A stretch of DNA of 63,838 bases, the filler included, from Craspedostauros australis (Eukaryota): NCBI GenBank assembly GCA_030167865.1. It is 17 parts of 17 records of this genome, joined end to end, with 100 filler letters (N's around TTAATTAATTAA, not from the genome) between each part and the next. Parts side by side here need not be neighbours in the genome. Positions count along the whole stretch, not along the records: positions 59,420 to 60,677 come from JALAGF010004677.1; positions 60,778 to 63,838 come from JALAGF010004681.1; 15 more parts are not named here. One strand, given 5' to 3'. Every line of letters starts with the position of its first letter. Within the stretch, counting starts at the first letter, position 1. The position numbers were made by a program, and so were the translations under genes. This document shows, one piece after another, positions 59,420-63,838 of this stretch. The notes under the pieces were generated by a model, which was not told where the DNA came from, searched no databases, and worked only from the letters and a program-made list of their open reading frames with translations.

Positions 59420-60677
59420 ATGGGAAAGAAGTTCATCGAAGCAACCTTCGGACACCCCATCATCGTCGACGCGTGGAACCGAAAGGAGAAGACCCACGAC
59501 GACAAAGTGGTGTGCCATGTCCACAAGACCACCTGGGACGCATTCACCGACCTCAAGCAGTACTTTGGGATCAGCATCGAGACTGCCATGGTTTTTGGCC
59601 TCTTTAAAACCAGCGCACTCGCGATCGAGAAGACACTCCCCGAACTACTGACCACCATCCACGAAGGGACCCCAACCATGGTCCCTGGAGCCATCATGAT
59701 CAACTTCACGGACCCGGACGACGTCGCAAGACACTTCGAGACAGGACTCCTCGTCTACCACATCGCCGAGTGGGTAGGATTTATCAAAGTCAACAGAGAC
59801 TCATCCCTCGACCAAACTCTCAATAGGATGTTCATCGACGCAGAAAGCACCGAGAAAACGATGATGGCCTTCGACCGATTCGAAAGACGCGGCAGGCGCA
59901 CGCACAATGGTGAGTGGCTAACTGCTGTCGTGGAGTACAAGACATNNCTNTCTAACCCCANNNCCANCAGCACCTCGACCAGATCTGAAACCTCAATCCT
60001 CAAGACAGGACGAGACAGCGACAGCCGCCCAGGAGGTACCCCCTCTGGGTTCTCATCCCTAGCCGATGGAGCCGCCCCGGAGCGCACCTCGGGCACCCTC
60101 CCTGACGAAACCCAACTCTCCATCATCGCTGAGCGTGGATCCACGACGACATCCCCAACAGCAACCGATGCCCATGGCGACAACCCAAACGCTGCAGGTA
60201 CCAGCCCCAGCAACGACAACGACCGGCACCCGGACACCAACGAAACTACCGGACCAGCCACCAAATGTGGACCCGATGGAAGGATCAGACTGTTCCCCAA
60301 CATTTACCCCNAGACCATCAGTGGGTACGACTGCAACCCATCGGACGCCAAGGCAGTAACCTTCGCCCCTGGGACGACCACCAAAGACCCAGGGGACACC
60401 ACCACACCTCGGATGACCAACCTGAAGAACAACAGCAACCATCCAGCAAGCAACCAAAGCTCGTGGGACCATCATGGTACCACGGGCAACCCACCACCTC
60501 ATGGTATGACCAGCTACCATAACCACGACGGACGTGAACCAACGATCCGAATCCCAACTGTCAACACAGCCACGAATCTTGGGACAGATCATCCGCGTCA
60601 CCAAGACCCTGGACCCTACGGAAACCATGGTCACACCAACGATGGACCTCATGGGTATCCACCCCGCATGGAGACCT
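59420..60677 (+). CDS. Unknown ORF spanning the whole scaffold, possibly the N-terminal region of a retroelement gag/ORF1
   Basis: Open across the entire scaffold. The N-terminal part looks globular and is followed by a Thr/Pro/His-rich tract. No motif recognised. Confidence 0.4.
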
Positions 60678-60805
60678 NNNNNNNNNNNNNNNNNNNNNNN
60701 NNNNNNNNNNNNNNNNNNNNNTTAATTAATTAANNNNNNNNNNNNNNNNNNNNNNNNNNNNNNNNNNNNNNNNNNNNCGTCACCTATCGCCGTGTCTTCG
60801 ACTGG

Positions 60806-61561
60806 ATGCTCAGCAGCATCAAGCAGGATCACTCCCGCAAAATCGACAAGGCGTTTGCGATGAGCCAATGGTCTGCCGACGGCGGAAAGGCTCAAGAACG
60901 GACCTGGCCCATCATTTGCGGCTGGGTCTGCCAGAGCTTGCCTCTTGCGCGCGATCCCAACAGGCGCAAGACGGTCACAGGGACGTACGTCTTCATGGAT
61001 GGTTCCATACATCTCTGGAATTCAGGCGGCTTTGCAACGCACATCCTCAACATGCATTCCCAACGCCACATCACGCAGCAGCTGATTTGCGATTTCATCC
61101 ATGATGCGCCCCATTCCTGTCGGTATCTGCAGGAGAAACAAGACAACGCACCAAGGAACGTTCGCAACATGCTGTGGTACAAGCACAACGACATTGTCTT
61201 CTCAGCCGCGGAGCGAGGCGTGATTCCTAAAAACAAGCAAGCCCGCCAATCAAGGATAAGCATTGCGAATCTACTGGCACTCTACCATGGTCACACACAC
61301 AACAATATGATGGCAGATCTGCCATTGGTTTGCTCTTCCGACGATCAACTGGAGCACTTTCTCAACATGTCGCTGAATATAGAACGCCAATCGATGCCTG
61401 ATTGGTACGCTTCTCCAGAGGGCGAATCGCTGCATCGATCAGCATTTCAACACACCGCGTATCGCAAACGTGAGTTTTGTGAAGTGGACTTGGACCGACT
61501 CTTCCAGAATGTCACATCCTGGAATGGTCTGTTGCGAAACCTCAATCGGACTTGGGATTGA
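60806..61561 (+). CDS. Hypothetical protein, 5'-partial
   Basis: At least 251 aa, open from the scaffold edge, with normal amino-acid composition. No recognised motif. Confidence 0.4.
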   Translation: MLSSIKQDHSRKIDKAFAMSQWSADGGKAQERTWPIICGWVCQSLPLARDPNRRKTVTGTYVFMDGSIHLWNSGGFATHILNMHSQRHITQQLICDFIHDAPHSCRYLQEKQDNAPRNVRNMLWYKHNDIVFSAAERGVIPKNKQARQSRISIANLLALYHGHTHNNMMADLPLVCSSDDQLEHFLNMSLNIERQSMPDWYASPEGESLHRSAFQHTAYRKREFCEVDLDRLFQNVTSWNGLLRNLNRTWD

Positions 61562-62210
61562 GGAGAGGCTGCAGAATCCTGCAATTATCATCCGCGTGCA
61601 ACGTCGCAACCAGCAATGATGGGCTTCTGCGCTTTTGTGGGTTCCGACATGCCATTGCATGTCAATAGAGTAGAGTACATACCCATGCATTGTATGTGAA
61701 TCAATTTGATGAACAAGGAAATGAGTTTCGTCGATCATATTGCACAGTATAGTGTTAGGATCTACGGAAGGTACCATGCTGTCGAGAGTAAGTACTCTGT
61801 TTATTCGCAGGTATGGGTTGGAAATGAGATGGCTCTCCTTTTCGAAATCACGACAATAGTACTGGTACAGTTGTGCGCAGATGCTCCACGGCCTCGACTC
61901 GAACTCGTAGACTTCATCTGATTGTATGTACATACGGACAGACTATTACAGTGTCGGACACAGATGTGAACTCGGGATTGTCGCACGACTGAGAACACAA
62001 TGGAATTCGATCGAAGAACACATCGAGAATTTCTCCGAAAATCGATCAGGGATGTCACAACTTGTGACAGAAACACAAAACCTCCTCCACAACGAAATCG
62101 TCTCACAAAATGCAGCAAACAACAACAAACAAGGCATCAACAAACAAGCAGCAGCACACAAGCAGCAGCACACAAACAATAACTCACAAACAACAACGAA
62201 GAACACGACA

Positions 62211-62365
62211 ATGATATTCTCACTTTCACCATTCGATACCTACGATGGCGAGCACGAGCCGTACTTTCGCCGCAGTCAGCCGCAACACTATACGACTATG
62301 AACGCCGATGAGATGTACAATCGGAGACACGCGGCCGCTGCTGCTCACAGAGAAGCGCAACGACG
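62211..62365 (+). pseudogene. 5' fragment of a host-like gene, truncated where it meets the opposite-strand pseudogene
   Basis: A CAA-rich 5' UTR is followed by ACAATG and 'MIFSLSPFDTY...AAAAAHREAQRR'. Beyond that the frame is simply antisense to the dehydrogenase. Confidence 0.4.
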
Positions 62366-63199
62366 ACCCTTGACAACCGTCAGCGCTTCTTCCGCCAGAA
62401 TGAGGAACGTTGCCACGAGCAGGGTTGCTCCGGCACCGCCTGAACCCGCCGTGAAGAACCCGAAATCGACATTGAGATCGGCCGGCTTGAGGTTCTTGTT
62501 TTGCTGCAGGACTTGCCGCACGAGCTGCTTGGCCATGAGACTGGAAACGCCTGGCCAGCATCAGGTGCTGATGATGCAAGGGACGTTGGATTCGATGGCC
62601 TTGGCATTGTACTTCGCCTTGGTGGCAGATTCTGTGCAGTAGTCATCGCAGACGTCGATGTAAGCAACGCTGTTGGACACGCAGGCCGCGATGACACCGT
62701 TGGGTGTCTTGACCTTGCCTTGGAAGCGACCGGCCGTGTGGACTCACATATCGTAGCTGCCCCGCTGCAGCACCGATGCGACGGATTGCTCCTCCTCGCG
62801 GTCCAGAGCCTGGAATTGCACATCGTCCACCGGCAGATTGGGGAAGCTGGTGCGCCAGCGTTGCTGCGCCGCGAGGAAGGAATCGATGCTGGTGCCACCC
62901 ACGGTGACCGCCGATCCTCGCTTCAGCAGCTGCGTCACGACGCTTCCGCCCACACGTCCTGATTCACCGACCACCAGGACATTCTTTCCGTCCAGCGCAT
63001 CAAATGAGATCTCTTGCTTGGCTGTCACGTGCAACGAAGGAAGTCTCCGAGCGGCGCAAGCACCAACATCCCCATGAGTCTCGTGACCTACTATCGAAGC
63101 TGACGAAGGCCATGAAGGCAATGAAGGAACGAACGCAATGCTTGTTGACAGACAGCAGGCGAACGCATAGCACGCGACGAGGCAATGCGATCTGACCAT
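62345..63199 (-). pseudogene. Plastid-targeted saccharopine-dehydrogenase-like NAD(P)-binding oxidoreductase, pseudogenised and 3'-truncated
   Basis: Signal peptide followed by 'STSIAFVP' (ASAFAP-like). Rossmann 'VLVVGESGRVG', then 'VHTAGRFQG', 'YIDVCDD', 'PGVSSLMA' and 'FFTAGSGGAGATLL'. In-frame TGA at 62746-62744 and 62563-62561. Confidence 0.85.
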
Positions 63200-63838
63200 C
63201 GTCGAGCAAGGGAGTTGCAATGTCATGTTTACTCTAGAGATGGGCACGTATCGTATTTGGGTATCGTGGGTCGAAGTTTGTGCAATGTGTATTGTCGTCT
63301 TCTCGAGGGGAAACTGAGCGAACGCAGATGGCGAACATTTCTGAGTCAAGGATACACACGCACGTGACAAAGTGGAGTCGCGAATCCTTCCTCACACTCG
63401 TACGACTCGTTTGAGTGACGGGACCTGGGAGTTGTCGGAAAAGGAGAACAGCTTACTTTTTATGTCGGAATTGGCAAGACTAGGTACTTGATTAGACATA
63501 AATATGTGATGTGCACCCATCATGGTACTTTGTTTGTTCCTACTACTATNGAGTACTTAGTTAGTNCTCTCCTTTGTGTTTCTGTTTCTGTTGTTTTCGT
63601 TGTTTTTTGGTGTTTGTTTTGGTTTTGTTCGTNCTGTTGTCGTTATTCTGTGTGATCTACTCTGGGGAGTAGCGCTCTCTGTCTGTGATGTCTGCCTGCT
63701 TTGCTGGTTCTCGTGTGATGTTCCTGTTGTTGACGCATTCACGCTGATGCGGTGTTGTTGTTGTTGTTGTTGACGCATCCAGGCTGATGCGGTGTACTGC
63801 GTTGCGCTGCACTTAGGCGTTCACAGTGTGCCCTGTTG

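Noticed and set aside
5066..60777. Regularly recurring TTAATTAATTAA motif that could look like a repeat array or target site
   Set aside because: Always centred in exactly 100 bp with N padding. It is an artificial six-frame-stop linker, so no cross-linker gene clusters were inferred.
1..63838. CRISPR arrays, rRNA or tRNA genes, prokaryotic operons
   Set aside because: None seen. The sequence is eukaryotic and dominated by transposable elements.

Overview
This is eukaryotic, repeat-rich DNA, most consistent with a diatom or related ochrophyte. The clues are CoDi-type Ty1/copia elements, GT-AG introns and a signal peptide followed by an ASAFAP-like plastid motif. The window is not contiguous: it is 17 short scaffolds joined by 16 artificial 100-bp N44-TTAATTAATTAA-N44 linkers, so adjacency across a linker means nothing. 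Most of the sequence is transposable elements: several copia LTR retrotransposons and solo LTRs, a decayed and internally deleted non-LTR element, two Sola3-like DNA transposases, a decayed piggyBac-like transposase and a PIF/Harbinger-type transposase with neighbouring cargo-like genes. A few host genes or pseudogenes are present: a Cys-rich membrane protein, an F-box-like/WD40 protein, the C-terminus of a STAND-like ATPase and a saccharopine-dehydrogenase-like pseudogene. Four observations stand out. (1) One copia family has AG...CT LTR ends, a PBS overlapping the LTR by 1 nt, predicted transmembrane helices after Gag and an extra domain between integrase and RT. (2) A candidate ~7-kb Harbinger-like element may carry an HSP20/ACD-like gene and a Tudor-like plus Cys-rich gene. 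(3) A ~1200-aa Sola3-like transposase is restored exactly by removing two solo LTRs. (4) There are candidate gag-pol recoding signals (UGA-C readthrough, and G_GAU_UUU followed by a stem-loop). All family assignments come from motif recognition by eye; no searches were run.
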